The notes beneath the pieces are model-generated. The model was not told the origin of the DNA. It was given only the letters and a program-made list of their open reading frames with translations, and made no database searches. Of a stretch of DNA of 64,000 bases, positions 27,222-40,700 are shown one piece after another. Source of the DNA: Octopus sinensis. Taxonomy: Eukaryota. Location of the stretch: positions 37,200,001-37,264,000 of the forward strand of contig NC_043015.1 in assembly GCF_006345805.1 (NCBI RefSeq), given 5' to 3'. A program made the translations under genes and the position numbers. Positions within the stretch are counted from its first letter, which is position 1. Every line of letters starts with the position of its first letter.

Positions 27222-27977
27222 GTAAGAGAATTACTAACAGAGATAAAGAACTGGGAGGTGGGGCGGGAGAGAGAAAATGTTTCCATAAAATGGAACAAAA
27301 GTCAAGAATTCAAAATTAAGAAAATGTCAACGACAGTCAGGAGAGAGAAGTCACCTATCACTAATATGTGCCTGAACCGTAACAAAAATAGTGTTTATAA
27401 GAAATTAAATGTATCACCTTTAATCCTGTTGCTAAAATTGAAAGCTGGTTAATTAAACTACGCTCCTCATTTAATTAATCACGTAGTTAATTGGCGTGTA
27501 TTTAAAGGGGCATCGTTTACATGTATGTGTATGCATGAATGCATGTATGCGCATACGCTCACATGCAATGTAACTCTATGTATGTTTGTATGCATGTATA
27601 TATATATATATATATGTGTGCGTGTGTGTGTGTGTGTGTCGCATGAGTCTGTATTTTAAGGCATGTGCATGTATGTCTGCGTCTGTGTCTGGTTCTATGA
27701 GTTTCTATACGTATTTCGGTGGCTTGCCGCATTGTACAACCTCAACGGATGTATACAGAAGTGTGTATATAAATACACAGGAATGTGATTATGGTCATTT
27801 CTCATATTCAGAACTTCTCTCTGGAAATGACTTCATATTTTTTTCTCGTGTCTTGTAAACTCTGAGACGCTGCTCCACAAGACGAGCTGTAATTAATCAT
27901 TCCAAGAATATGGTACGATCATAACTAGATACACAATTTCTGTGCTAAACGATACATTTCTCTTCGAAGTATGTCTC

Positions 27978-28085
27978 GAACCGTCGAAACAGATCCTGGG
28001 ATCGATCCGTCCGACTAAAACTCTTCAAGGCGGTGCCCCAGCATGACCGTAGACTAATGACTGAAACAAGAAAAGCATAAAAGCT
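27978..28085 (+). mobile_element. SINE family B, 3' fragment
   Basis: cgactaaaactcttcaaggcggtgccccagcatgacc..atgactgaaacaag. Confidence 0.7.
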
Positions 28086-28564
28086 TAGTTTGTAAAATCG
28101 CTTTTATTCTTCGAGAACGGAAGTTATTGATACATCCATAGTTTCTGGGTCAGGCATTGCTGCCAGAGAACTTTGATTGTTCTGGACAGCATCTACGGAT
28201 ATCATCTGATCCAAACAGTATCTGTATTTTATTGGTATATTATTCATCGATCTCTGAACGAAGACAAATTAAGTCTTTTTCTAATAAATGTACAAACTCT
28301 TAAACTTGGATGTTAGTACTTGTTTGGCATTTTTGCGCCAAGAAGTTTTTAGCCCAAGAAGATAATCCGTTTAGTTTGCTCTAGGCGGGAATTGAACACA
28401 TAAAGTAGATAGCCGTAGCAAAAGCTGCAAGGCATTTTGCCAGATGCTCCAACAATTTCGTCAGCACATTACACCTGTGTATATATAATTAATTAGTTAT
28501 ACAGGAGTTGTACCGAGAGAAGATAGGATTATTAAGTGACGATACATAATTATCGAGTATATAT

Positions 28565-28870
28565 CACGGTCCCATAACATCGACCAGTTTATCAGTTGTT
28601 GTTATACATCACTGGTCACAATGCACATTGTTTTAGCTTTCGAATAATTCCACCCCGCTGGCTAGGCGGAGCAGGCCCACCTGCTTCCCCCTGTTCGGAG
28701 GGCTACTCCGTCACAGGACTAACCATTTATAGCTGAGTGCTGAGCGGACTGGAACAACGTCATACAAGATATTTTACTCAAGAACACAATGCACTGCCCG
28801 TTCCAGGGATCGAACCCATAGTCTAGTGATTGTGAGTGCGATACCCTAACCAATGGGCCACGCGCCTTCA
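28565..28870 (-). mobile_element. SINE family C, tail type 1
   Basis: Minus strand gtgaaggcgcgtggcccattggttaggg..gggttcgatccctgg..ttgtgttcttgag. Tail shared with 22505-22780. Confidence 0.85.
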
Positions 28871-28899
28871 CAGAATTTATATAAGGTAAAGTAATAACA

Positions 28900-29110
28900 A
28901 TAATGGTTTCTGGTTTTGACGGCAAAAGGTTAATATCTTGCTGGGGAGGATAGTTGATACTATCCATATGGTACTCAAACAACTAGTTTATTTTATTGGT
29001 CCCACAAGAATGAAAGTCGACGCTGACCTCGGCTAGATTTGAAATCAGAAACAACCGGGACAAATTACGGAAGGTATTTTGTTCAACGCCCCTAGCAATT
29101 TAGCTAAATC
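28900..29110 (-). mobile_element. SINE family A, degraded
   Basis: gaatgaaagtcgacgctgacctcggctagatttgaa. Confidence 0.55.
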
Positions 29111-29181
29111 ATATTGTTGCCCGAAGCTAATGCTATTAATATTTATGGTGCATAATTGTAGCATTTATAAAATTAATAATG

Positions 29182-29233
<52 letters not shown>

Positions 29234-29256
29234 TAATAATGATAATAATAATAATA

Positions 29257-29311
<55 letters not shown>

Positions 29312-29904
29312 TGTAGCAGTAGACAGTAACGCTAATATTTGTTTCTGGTGCTTTTAAGATTCAGGACGGTGGGGATGGCTGTGGAGGGGGCGCTGGTGGA
29401 GGCTGGTAGGTGGATGTTAGTAGTGGTGGAAGTTGGTAGTGGTGCGGGTGAGTGTAGAAGTGCTGGTGGTTGTTTAGCTTAATTTGTGAAGTGCATAGTT
29501 TCACTTTCACCGCAGTAGCTGCCATCAATTTTGAAAGATGGATTCTTAAAACTTATTTGAAATTGAGAATCATGATCGGACAGTTAATTACCCTGCTGCT
29601 TATTAATCAAAATGAAATATCATATCACATTATATTATATTATATCATTTTATATTGCATTATTATATTATATTATACTATATTATATTATCGATGAGAA
29701 ATACCGTTTTGAAGAACAGAAACGATATAAACAAACAAAAATGCAAAAGTAACAAAAACAATTAACAACATTCCTGCTGGGTTCATGCATCACTCTTCAT
29801 TTTACTTATTCTTTGGGATTTTCTCTTTTTAATTCCACTCTTTCTTTTTCTATTTCAACAAACGATGGCTTCTCGTCAAATTTCTCATTTTAATTCTTTC
29901 ACTT

Positions 29905-30325
29905 TCTTTGTCTCTTCTTCTTCTTCTTCTTCTTCTTCTTCTTCTTCTTCTTCTTCTTCTTCTTCTTCTTCTTCTTTCACTCTTCTTCTCTTCCTTTCTT
30001 CTTCTTCTTCCCTTTTCTACCTCTTCTCCTTCTTAATCTTCTTCTTCCACTTCTTCTTCTTCTTCCTCTTCTTCTTCTTCTTCTTTTTCTCCTCTTCTCC
30101 TTCTTAATCTTCTTCTTCCTTCTTCTTCTTCTTCTTCTTCTTCTTCTTCTTCTTCTCTTCTCCTCCCTCTACTTCTTCTCTTCTTAATCTTCTCCTTTCT
30201 TCTTCTTCTTTCTTCTTCTTCTTCTTCTTATTATTCTTCTTCTCTTCTTTCTTCTCTTCTCCTCCTCCCCTTCTTCTTCTTCTTCTTCTTCTCCTTCTCC
30301 TTCTCCTCCTCCTTCTTCTTTCCTG
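29905..30325. repeat. Long polypyrimidine (TTC)n/(CTC)n tract, triplex-prone
   Basis: About 420 nt that are almost purine-free on the plus strand. Confidence 0.9.
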
Positions 30326-30599
30326 CTGTCATCTGGTATCTATTAATCTTCATCGCCATCACGATCACAGTCGTCCACTCACTTTGCCATCGCCGACGTC
30401 GTCCATGTCATTTGTGTCATCGTCATTACCGTCTACATCACCATGGTTACCATCAATCTATTCAACAACAACTGCAAGAATAACATACAACGCAAAAGCA
30501 GTACCACCATCACTGTCACGAAGTTCCCTCCCACATACACCCACCCTTATAGTCATATTCACTATTGCCACTATGGTGGTGGTGGTGGTAGTCTTCTAC

Positions 30600-30622
30600 C
30601 CCATCAAAGTCATCATCATCAG

Positions 30623-30664
<42 letters not shown>

Positions 30665-30990
30665 TACCGTCTTTATCATTATCTTTCTCTCAGTGAAACA
30701 TAGCACCGTCATTGTTGTTGCCATCATACATGGTATCCACCGGCTCCATCTCCCTTCCTCTATTTCCTCCTCATAATAATGATGATGATAACGATGAATA
30801 TGAGGATGATGATGATCTTGACGATGATCTTGACAATGATCTTGACGATGATCTTGATGATCATGATGATGATGATGAAGATCGTCATCATTACCATCAT
30901 CGTCATCATCACCATCAGTTTCTTCACAATCTCCATCCTCACCGTTGCCGTTAATCTCGTCGTCTTTATCGCTGACGTCAAAATCATCAT
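30600..30990. repeat. (CAT)n/(GAT)n microsatellite region
   Basis: Directly visible. Confidence 0.9.
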
Positions 30991-33089
30991 CATCATTAGA
31001 TATTTAGTTGATGTTGCATATAAGTCGCCAGTTGTTGGGTTCGAAGTTGACTCGCTTCTATACAATAACTCAAGTTCATATCTCACAAGTGACTCTCAAA
31101 ACCCATCCAATCATGACACTCTCTCAAGAAAAAGATTTAGAATGCGTAATTAGCAGGGTCATTAAATGGTCAGGTAGAATCCTTCATTAGTGTAACGCTT
31201 TTAAGTTCCAGTGAAGTCAGTTTTCTTTACATGAATTCGGAGTGAACTGAAGAATTCGATGAGAAGGAGATCAAAGACTAAGAGGGTAAGATCGAAAGCT
31301 TTGTTCAATTGGTTCAGAATCTTTGCGTTCAGTTCGAATCATGCCGTGGACCAATTGCGAACAGTCTTGTGTGCATTTAACCGAGTTCCCTTTTTTAATA
31401 CAAGCAATCAGGGAAGGTCCCTAGTTTGCGAATGAATGCCTTCCACGTTCGAGAGTTTCGGAGGCTCTGCAATACTTAGGAGTAGATTTTTAGATAAGTT
31501 GTAATACGACAGGAGCATGGTGTCACGTTTCCTTCTAGAGAATTAATGGTTTAACTTCTGAAACTAGGACAACAATTTGAAAGAGGAGAGGATTTAATAT
31601 CATCAGCACCAGTGACCAACCCCAACAGAGGAAAGAGACTGTGGAGTTTGAACTAAGTTCGTAAAGAGGAGTTTGTCCTGCTACACAGCATGACAACCGA
31701 TGTTGGTACGTTTACATCCCACTACCTTTCAGCAATAAAGCCCTATACGATAAGTATTTAGTTTCAGAATTAAACAGTAGTGCCTCATCCTCACTGCAAT
31801 CTGCTTACAGAAATAAGTAGATTTATTTGTCTAGATTCAATTTACACACACACATACATACACACACACACAACACGCACATGCACACGCACGCACTCAC
31901 ACACGCATATATATACATATATATATATATATATTTATATGGGGAGCTAGTGAACTAAATAATAGGCGAGGCAGACAGAGAGTTATAGAATAAACAGACA
32001 GCAACAAAGTTTGTTTTCAATGTTGTGCATGATGCTGATGGTGATAATGAAGTTTTATGTTGCATGTTTTCATGTGCAAACGCAGGTAAGTATATACGCA
32101 CACACACATCCATATATACACATATACATACATACATACACGCACATACATACACACATACATACGAACATATATACATACACATATATACATACACAAA
32201 TGCATACCTACATAAGATATGTACGTGCATAGTGACACCGATATATATATATGTACTGACATGTTTGTGTGTATAATGTGCTGTGCATAACAACCTAATC
32301 GTCACTAACACCTTCGTTTCCTCTGCCATCATCATCATTACCAGCATCTCATATCCACCTAACATGCTATAAATCAATAAAAAACAAACTTCAAACGTAA
32401 CATCATAAAACAAAACCTAAGCTAACAGAAAACAAATACATACAAACAAATAATATAACAACAAGGAATAATAATAATAGCAGAATGTATAAACGAAAGC
32501 CATAAACATGCAGAATTTTAAAGAGACATAGATATATTTACGATGTTACTTTGTTTCATTGTCAATTTGAGAGAATGAAAACATTAGAATTAAGAGAAAG
32601 ATGTAGAAAAGAATAAAAACAATGACAAGAAATTTTAGATTTTGAAACAGGAGACTAAACGTTCAAATGTCAAACTTTGGAAATTTAGAAAACAAAATGG
32701 TGTTTATCTACTTGCAAATATACAGGTGTTTGTGTATATGTGTGTCAGTCTATGTTTGTGTGTGTGTGTATGTGTATGGTTGTGTGCATGTATGCATTTA
32801 AAAATACATTGATTATGTTTACGCTTAATAACAAATATATATATATATATACGTACATACACGCTTTTGATATCTATACATATATATTTCAGTAGTATAT
32901 GTATGATATATAATATATATAGTATATCTATATATATATATATATATATATAATAGATATATATATATATATATATATATATACGTACATACATATATAT
33001 ATTTATACTTATATTATATATTATATATATATATATATAATATATATAAATACAAACAGACAGGCAGAAATTGATTGACAGATAAAGAA

Positions 33090-33231
33090 ATGATAGAGAG
33101 ATAGATAGATAGAAGATAGATAGACAGAAGATAGATCGATAGATAGATGGATAGATAGATAGATAGATAGATGGATAGATAGATAGATAGATAGATAGAT
33201 AGACAGAAAGATAGATAGATAGATAGATTAT

Positions 33232-33265
<34 letters not shown>

Positions 33266-33288
33266 GGATAGATAGATAGACAGATAGG

Positions 33289-33365
<77 letters not shown>

Positions 33366-33400
33366 GATAGATAGATAGATAGATGGATAGATAGATTAAA
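33090..33400. repeat. (GATA)n array
   Basis: Directly visible. Confidence 0.95.
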
Positions 33401-33989
33401 GTAAACCCACAAATTTATGTGCATATAAATTCACTCATACAAATACATTAAACAGAGAGCACCTGTTACACACACAGACATTCATATGCAACACACAGCC
33501 TTGGTGTAGATTTCCATAAATTCCAGAAAATTTACTATAAAATATATCACGAAGACAATATTATATAAACATTGATGAAGCTTTGTTTATGGAAGGAATT
33601 ACGTCAACAAAGTGGTTTAACTTTCTGACGTGTAGACTGTTTTGTTGAAACATAGATTTAGGGTGAAAATAAACACAACAAATATTTATATCTGATGGAA
33701 AATGTTGAATCACGCGAAAATGTGCAACAACACTTTTCAAGTTTAATGATTTAGGCACACTGGGAAGCAGAAGAGTTTCTGTTCGATTTGTCAAATATTA
33801 AGAACAGATATTCAGATTGATATCTTTTCAGAGAGAAACAGAGGAGAGAGAGAGAGAGAGAGAGAGAAGGAGAGACAGACAGACACAGAGAATGGGAATA
33901 TTTTGCCTTTCATTTAAGCATTTATAAAGGAACACACTGTTAATTTTTCAATCAAATCATATACACCGTATCAAGGTACACATTGAAGT

Positions 33990-34016
33990 TAACACCCACT
34001 TCGAGAAATATATATG

Positions 34017-34050
<34 letters not shown>

Positions 34051-34255
34051 TACCTATATACATGAATAATGTATATATAATGTATATTATATATATTATA
34101 TATCTATATATATATATATTATATATATATATATATTCATGTATATAGGTATGTATATATATATATATATATATTATATAATATATATACATACCTATAT
34201 ACATGAATATATGTATATATATATACATGAATATATATTATATATGTATACATAT

Positions 34256-34260
<5 letters not shown>
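33990..34260. repeat. (TA)n array with a direct-inverted-direct 19-mer
   Basis: atacctatatacatgaata at 34050 (+), 34134 (reverse complement) and 34191 (+). Confidence 0.9.
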
Positions 34261-34292
<32 letters not shown>

Positions 34293-34304
34293 CATAAGTA
34301 TTTA

Positions 34305-34650
34305 TGAGGTGTGGTTGAGTGTGCTTGAAAGTTTGCGTCCAAACTACATGGTTCCATGTTGAGCCTCACAACGTTGTACCGTAGTCAACTGAATTCTATT
34401 ACTCAGACTGGCCAAACTCTTGGGAAGTTACTTGTTGGACAGAAATTGAAACAAGCCCGTCGTCTGTATATTTATATATGTGTATGTGAGTATGTATGTG
34501 AGTGTGGACACACTTATGTGAGTGTGTGTGCGTGTGCACCTGTGTATGTGTATATGGGTCTGTGTTCGTTTACTTTTTCCACCAGCACCTGGCTAGTGAT
34601 ATTCGTGTGTTAATTTCCCGCATTTCGACAAAAAGAGGATGACACACCAT
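34305..34650 (+). mobile_element. SINE family B, highly degraded
   Basis: ..gaaattgaaacaagcccgtcgtctgtatat followed by the central microsatellite. Confidence 0.5.
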
Positions 34651-35730
34651 AGCTTGACAGCGGTCTTATGATTAAAGCAAGTGAAGGATAAATCATTACA
34701 TATATATAAATATGTATATATGTATTCATATATGTATGTATTTGTACTTTTAATCATAATATATTAAAATTTGCTCGTATTTACATTTGTTCAGAAAAGA
34801 TGTTTTCTTCCGTTTATCTGATCCTTCTGTCTCGCAATTTTTCCGTTTATTCTTCCTGCCTTTTACATTTCCTTTCCGCAAAATGTATTTCCTTAATTTT
34901 GGCGCAAGTCCATCAATTTTGTGTGAAACTGCTAATCAATAACATCGATTCCAGTATTTGACTGAAAAGATGAAAGGCTATGCCTTCCTCCTTTATATTA
35001 GAACGCAGAAAACAAAGAACCGGAGGAATTTCTGCAAGACATTTTACCCGACGCTCGATTGATTTGGCCACATGTTTGAAAAGGAGCCAACATTCTGCCT
35101 CCTTTATTTTATGTGTAATCTTATCTCTTTCGTATTTTTCATTCTCCCTCGCTCCCCCTCAAATTCATTTGTAAATAATTCATTTACTGTTTCTAAATAT
35201 CCTCCTTCATATTCTGACTCTCCTTCTTTTTCGCTCCCCCTAATTCTACTCCACAGCTGAACATTCTACAACCGACTTTTAGTACATTTTCAATTGTTAA
35301 TCTTTTTACAATTGTTTTCAATTCCCAATAATTTGATAAAATCACAAAATTTTGTCAAGTAGCTTGTGACTTCCAAAGATACTTGGACATAAATACATCA
35401 TATGTATATTCTCTATTACATAGTAACAGGCCGAAAGTCGAAACAAGTGTGAGTGCAGGTTTTCTGAGTTTCTTTCTTTCTTTAGAACCGCGATCTGTTA
35501 CGAAGTTTCTAGAATGTCATGATTTTGATGCTTGAGTTTCAGACTACCTCTCGCATACAAACTCACAGACACACATAGGACTGCATAAACACACGCATGG
35601 TCACGTGCACATTGCACAGACACATGCACAAACACCTCATATACATATATTTACATTCCTACGTACATTCATTTCTAGCTGCATCATACATTTGAAGCGT
35701 GTCTGTATTAAATACAAATAAAAATAAATA

Positions 35731-35791
<61 letters not shown>

Positions 35792-36827
35792 CATATATAC
35801 ATATATATACATATATATATATGCATATATATATACACATATACATATACATATATATGTATGTATGTATGTATTCATAAATGCACGCACATATATTTTC
35901 TGCTATTGATAATTACTTGCGGTTTAACATCACAATTCTGATATTACTTGTGGCTATGTTAATTCTAATTTTTCTTTCAGAATCTTATCAGCAGAGACAA
36001 GAACAACAAAAACACCATCATAAACAACAGCAACGAAAACAACTCCAACACACTGAATAATAACAATAACAACAGCTACAACACCAACAAAAAGACTTTC
36101 AAAACTCTTCACCTTAACCAATAACCATAACATATTGAATAATGTGTATTTGAATGAAGGATATTTGAATAATCTGCCTCTACAGCTTGGGGCAAATACG
36201 TTGAGATAAAGCTTAGAGATGAATGTACGTTTTAAATTGATGCACAGAAAGTAGATACGATTATTTTGGCATTTCGTGATCTTGGAGTTTTCTTATAGAA
36301 TTTCTGAAGGATAGATATCAAGTTGAGCTATCATACAGATTAAAAGATTTCGATTTCCTTCGTTCTTTTTCGACTTATTTTTTTCTGTGAGTGGCGAGAG
36401 AAAAGGTTGGGTTTCGAAGAGTTTTTCCATAGTTTGGCTTTCTACGACCATGTTGCTATCATCACTTGGTTGCATTTCTCATTAAAGTCGTCGTCCTCCT
36501 CTTCCTCTCATGCACCTCCTCCTCTGTCTTCTTGTTTTTGTTCTTGATCTTCTTCTTCTTCTTCTTCTTCTTCTTCTTGTTCTTCTTCTTCTTCTTGTTC
36601 TTGTTCTTGTTCTTCTTCTTCTTGTTCTTCTTCTTCTTCTTCTTCTCCTCTTCTTCTTCTTATCATTATTATCATTATTATTATTATTATTATTATTACT
36701 TTGTGGGACAAATGTAGTTCACTAATTTCTATTATTGCCACAAGGACAGCTAGATTAATGATGTGATGATAATGATGTGTTAATAATGATAAGAAGAAGG
36801 AAGAAGAAGGAGAGGAGGAGGATCAGT

Positions 36828-36855
36828 GGGAGGGGGAGGAGGGAGGGGGAGGGGG
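36828..36855 (+). other. Canonical G-quadruplex motif
   Basis: GGG-A-GGGGG-AGGA-GGG-A-GGGGG-A-GGGGG, i.e. five G-runs with short loops. Confidence 0.6.
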
Positions 36856-37001
36856 AGGAGGAGGAGGAGGAGTTCATTTTCCACATGAGTTAAATTAGAA
36901 TCATTATTGGTGTTGAATCACCCAAATTATAGGTTTCTACCAACTTTGGATAACGCTCATTATTATTGTTGTTATTCTTCTTCTTCTTCTTATTATTATT
37001 A

Positions 37002-37065
<64 letters not shown>

Positions 37066-37258
37066 TTGTAGTAATAGTAGTAGTAGTAGTAGTAGTAGTT
37101 ATATCAGTAACAGCAGGAACAGCAGCCGCAGTAGGAGGAGGGGGACGACGGCGAGGACGAAGAGCAAGAGGTGGAACAGGAGGGAAAGGAGCAAGAGGAG
37201 GAGACGGAGTATCTCATGGACATCATCACCATCGCCATTATCGTAGAAATGGCAGCAG

Positions 37259-37300
<42 letters not shown>

Positions 37301-37706
37301 ATTGTGTATATTGACTTATACATCCATGCGTCCGTGTGTATATATGGTTTTGGAATATTACTGTGGTACCATTATAGTTATTTCTATTCGGTGTGCAATT
37401 TATATTGTTAAGACAACAAAACGTAATGAAGCTAGTTGAAATTCCTTTTCATTGGTGTACATTTCTTAAGCAAGTTCTTCTAAATATTAATTAATGCGTA
37501 GTCTTCGTAATATTAACCTGTTGCTGAGTTTCAAATTTTAATCTCTTTTTTTTTCTGCAGGTTATTATTTTAACTTAAGCAGTACAGTTCTATAGGAATA
37601 GAATCTGTTCCGTATGGAAACTAGAAACATTCTTCATTTGTAATATTCTTAATATATTTAATGAAATTCTATGGAGATTATACAAAATTCTTAAGAATTA
37701 AATTAC

Positions 37707-37769
37707 CGCTTTGAAAGTGCTTTGTTTCGACAAAAATATCTATTTTGTAATCTCCATGGTGTTCCAGAC
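37707..37769 (-). CDS. Candidate 63-nt exon (G)LEHHGDYKIDIFVETKHFQS, phase 1-1; FN3 C-terminal-like
   Basis: ttttaatttcag|G acceptor and G|gtaatt donor. The peptide fits the FN3 pattern GL.P...Y.I.V.A. A second frame (SGTPWRLQNRYFCRNKALSK) is also open. Confidence 0.4.
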
Positions 37770-38639
37770 CTGAAATTAAAAGCCTCATCGTTCTTAATTT
37801 ATTATATTTTATTTCATTATTTTTCTCATTTTTCTCTGTTACTCCAAATAGAAAATTAGGAATGTGTATTACAAAAGGCACCATTTTGTACCAGAGAGCA
37901 GTCGTAAGGACCAAAATCGATCACGTGTTAAATTCCCAGAATAGATGATTTGCTGATACCGATCGAAAGTTTTCATTATGTTAACGTTTCTTAGTTGGTT
38001 CCAATAATATAGGTAAAATCCCTAATTCCATAAGCATATCACTCACAAAATCATATCATCTACCACTCTACGTAGAGGGAATAATTTAGCGTAACCGTAA
38101 ATTCGTGTCGTATTTTGAGTCAGCAGAACTAATCTAGAACCAACTAGTTTAGTACTCAAGAGTCAGCGCAATTCTCGAATTCTCCAGTTCATCATTTAAA
38201 GTTCATGACAAATGAGGTTCTCCAACGTATTAAGATTCCATTTCAGCGTCCCTGTTCAATCTTTAATTATCTATTTCACCATTTTTTCAACAATTCTTTC
38301 TATCTTTTCATTCTCCATCCCTCCTTCTTTCTTTCATTTCGTTCCTTCTTCTTCTTCTTCTTCTTCTTCTATTTATTATTATTATTATTATTTATTATTA
38401 TTATTATTATTATTTTATTATTATTATTATTATTATTTATTATTATTATTCTACATTCGTTCCTCCTGTCTCTACTCCTACACCCCCATTCCTTGCTCTT
38501 ATTTTTCTTTCTCTCCTCTCTTTATTGTAACTCATGTACTGGATCACAGATACGTATATATGTTCTCTTATATACACACCCATTTGTGTATGTGCATATA
38601 TATATATATATATGTGTGTGTGTGGTGTGTGTGTGTGTA

Positions 38640-38802
38640 TCAAAAGAAAAACAGGACGCAAAGGATTTTGTGGTACATATGTTTCAGGCTTTATTGTACA
38701 ACTCATTCTTATATCAATGCATAATTGATATAAGAATAAGTTGTTCAATAAAGCCCGAAACATATGTACCGCAAAATCCTTTGCGTCCTCTTTTTCTTTT
38801 GA
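38640..38802. mobile_element. 163-bp near-perfect palindrome flanked by TA; MITE-like (Tc1/mariner type)
   Basis: 79-nt arms (38640-38718 and 38724-38802) with 74/79 Watson-Crick pairs, a 5-nt loop and TA on both sides. The ORF track shows near-identical peptides on both strands here. Confidence 0.85.
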
Positions 38803-39742
38803 TACATATATCCTATCATCTATACAGGTGCTTACATTTATCAAGTATTCACCCTGAATGTATTACATATATGAGGTTTTGTAAAGAAAGTGATGCTCCT
38901 ACTAGGGATGTCCTACATCCAAACTTCCGCCGGTTTATCGAAATATCTGTGAATTTAATGGAATCTGCTTCTCAATGTTAGTATTAGTATCTATTTGACA
39001 CTAGTAATACACACATTATAGAGGTCCCGTAGACCGTATAAATCTTTTCTTCTGATTCGATATATACAAATATAATTTCCATAGTATAATGTAAAGGAAA
39101 TGGTGTGTTTGAATACAGCAAAATCAATTTACGTAAGGCCTACGAACGTTTCAATACACACCTCCATTCATTTTACAATTAATAATTGCATTATAAACGA
39201 AGAAGGTAGATATCTCTTTAACCTGAAAAAGTCGGCTGGAGTCGGACCAGTATATCTGAGCCTGTCGTGTGCAACACTGTCGCTATAACGAATGTCAGTT
39301 TCATTACCACCATTATTCACAATATTTTGTTTTTTCTTTGTCACTCATATGAGGTAGCGATTATCAGGTGGCGCAATTACCAGTGTTTTTATTGTGACAC
39401 CATCACTAGATGTATCATCGCTCAGGACATGGGCAGATTCCAACCGCTTCCTTTCATTATCATTATTATTATCATCATCACAGATATTATTTTCATATTT
39501 TATAATTTGTCATTGTCAATATTTCCTCTCATCCGACATGAGCTTTGGCAAATTGTCATTAACACTTCTGTGTTAGTACTAGGCACCGGGTCTAATCATT
39601 TAGCTTAGAATATTTGATAGATCACCGCTTCTGTAATTATATAGAAATAAATGTAGTTAAACGAGACAAAGACACAAACAAAAAACTGATATCCACCCCT
39701 ATTTTTTCGTGGGGGTAAATATTTCTTTAATGCCGTGCTGGA

Positions 39743-39802
<60 letters not shown>

Positions 39803-39849
39803 GTTTAATGCTTTTGAGATCAAGTATGACTAGTCTTTGTCATTTGTTT

Positions 39850-40410
39850 ATTATTATTATTATTCAGTAGTTTTATTTTTATAGCGTGCTTTCACTTCAC
39901 TACCTTGGGTATGTGCTGTGATTTGTTGTGATGCTCTGATGGTTATTGTATGGAAAGTGTTCTGCGTAGGATGTGTGCAGTGCCCAGTAGTGCAATTTTC
40001 TGTATGTTATATGTGTTTGTAAGTCCTGGTGTTTTTGCTATGTATTTGTCTGAATATTTTTTTATCATCCCTAATGCACCTACTATGATAGGAATTGTTT
40101 CTGTTTTCAGATTCCACATTCTAGTTACCTCTATTTCCAGGTCTTGGTATTTTGAGAGTTTCTCCATTTCTTTTAGAGACACGTTGTCATCAGCCGGTAC
40201 TGATACATCAATTAGAAAGCATTTTTTTTCTTCATGGTCTCTGACAACTATATCTGGTCTGTTGGCCTTAATTTCTCTATCTGTGTGTATCGGCATATCC
40301 CAGAGTATGGTTGCTTTCTCGTTTTCTGTGACCTTTTCTGGTGTGTGCCTATACCATCTTTTTTCTGTTGTTATTCCATAATGTTGGCATAGCTTTCAAT
40401 GTATGTAGGT
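39850..40410 (-). mobile_element. 5'-truncated R4/Dong-clade LINE with REL endonuclease domain, 3' UTR and (TAA)n tail
   Basis: RVGTYIH*KLCQHYG..ILWDMPIHTDREIKANRPDIVV..LIDVSVP..EKLSKYQDL..TAHILRRTLSIQ* (PD..D..E.K motif). (TAA)n lies on both sides. Confidence 0.93.
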
Positions 40411-40458
40411 TCCAACTCTGTTATTATTATTATTATTATTATCGTTATTATTATTATC

Positions 40459-40522
<64 letters not shown>

Positions 40523-40548
40523 CATTATTATCATTATTATTATCATCA

Positions 40549-40640
<92 letters not shown>

Positions 40641-40700
40641 CACAAGAAGAAGAAGAAGAATAAGAACAAGAACAAGAATAAGAACAAGAAGATGAAGAAA
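40410..40700. repeat. (TTA)n-(TAG)n-(AAG/AAC)n compound microsatellite
   Basis: Directly visible. Confidence 0.95.

Noticed and set aside
38205-38981. 258-aa plus ORF and 132-aa minus ORF with matching peptides
   Set aside because: Explained by microsatellites plus the 163-bp palindrome, not by a protein.
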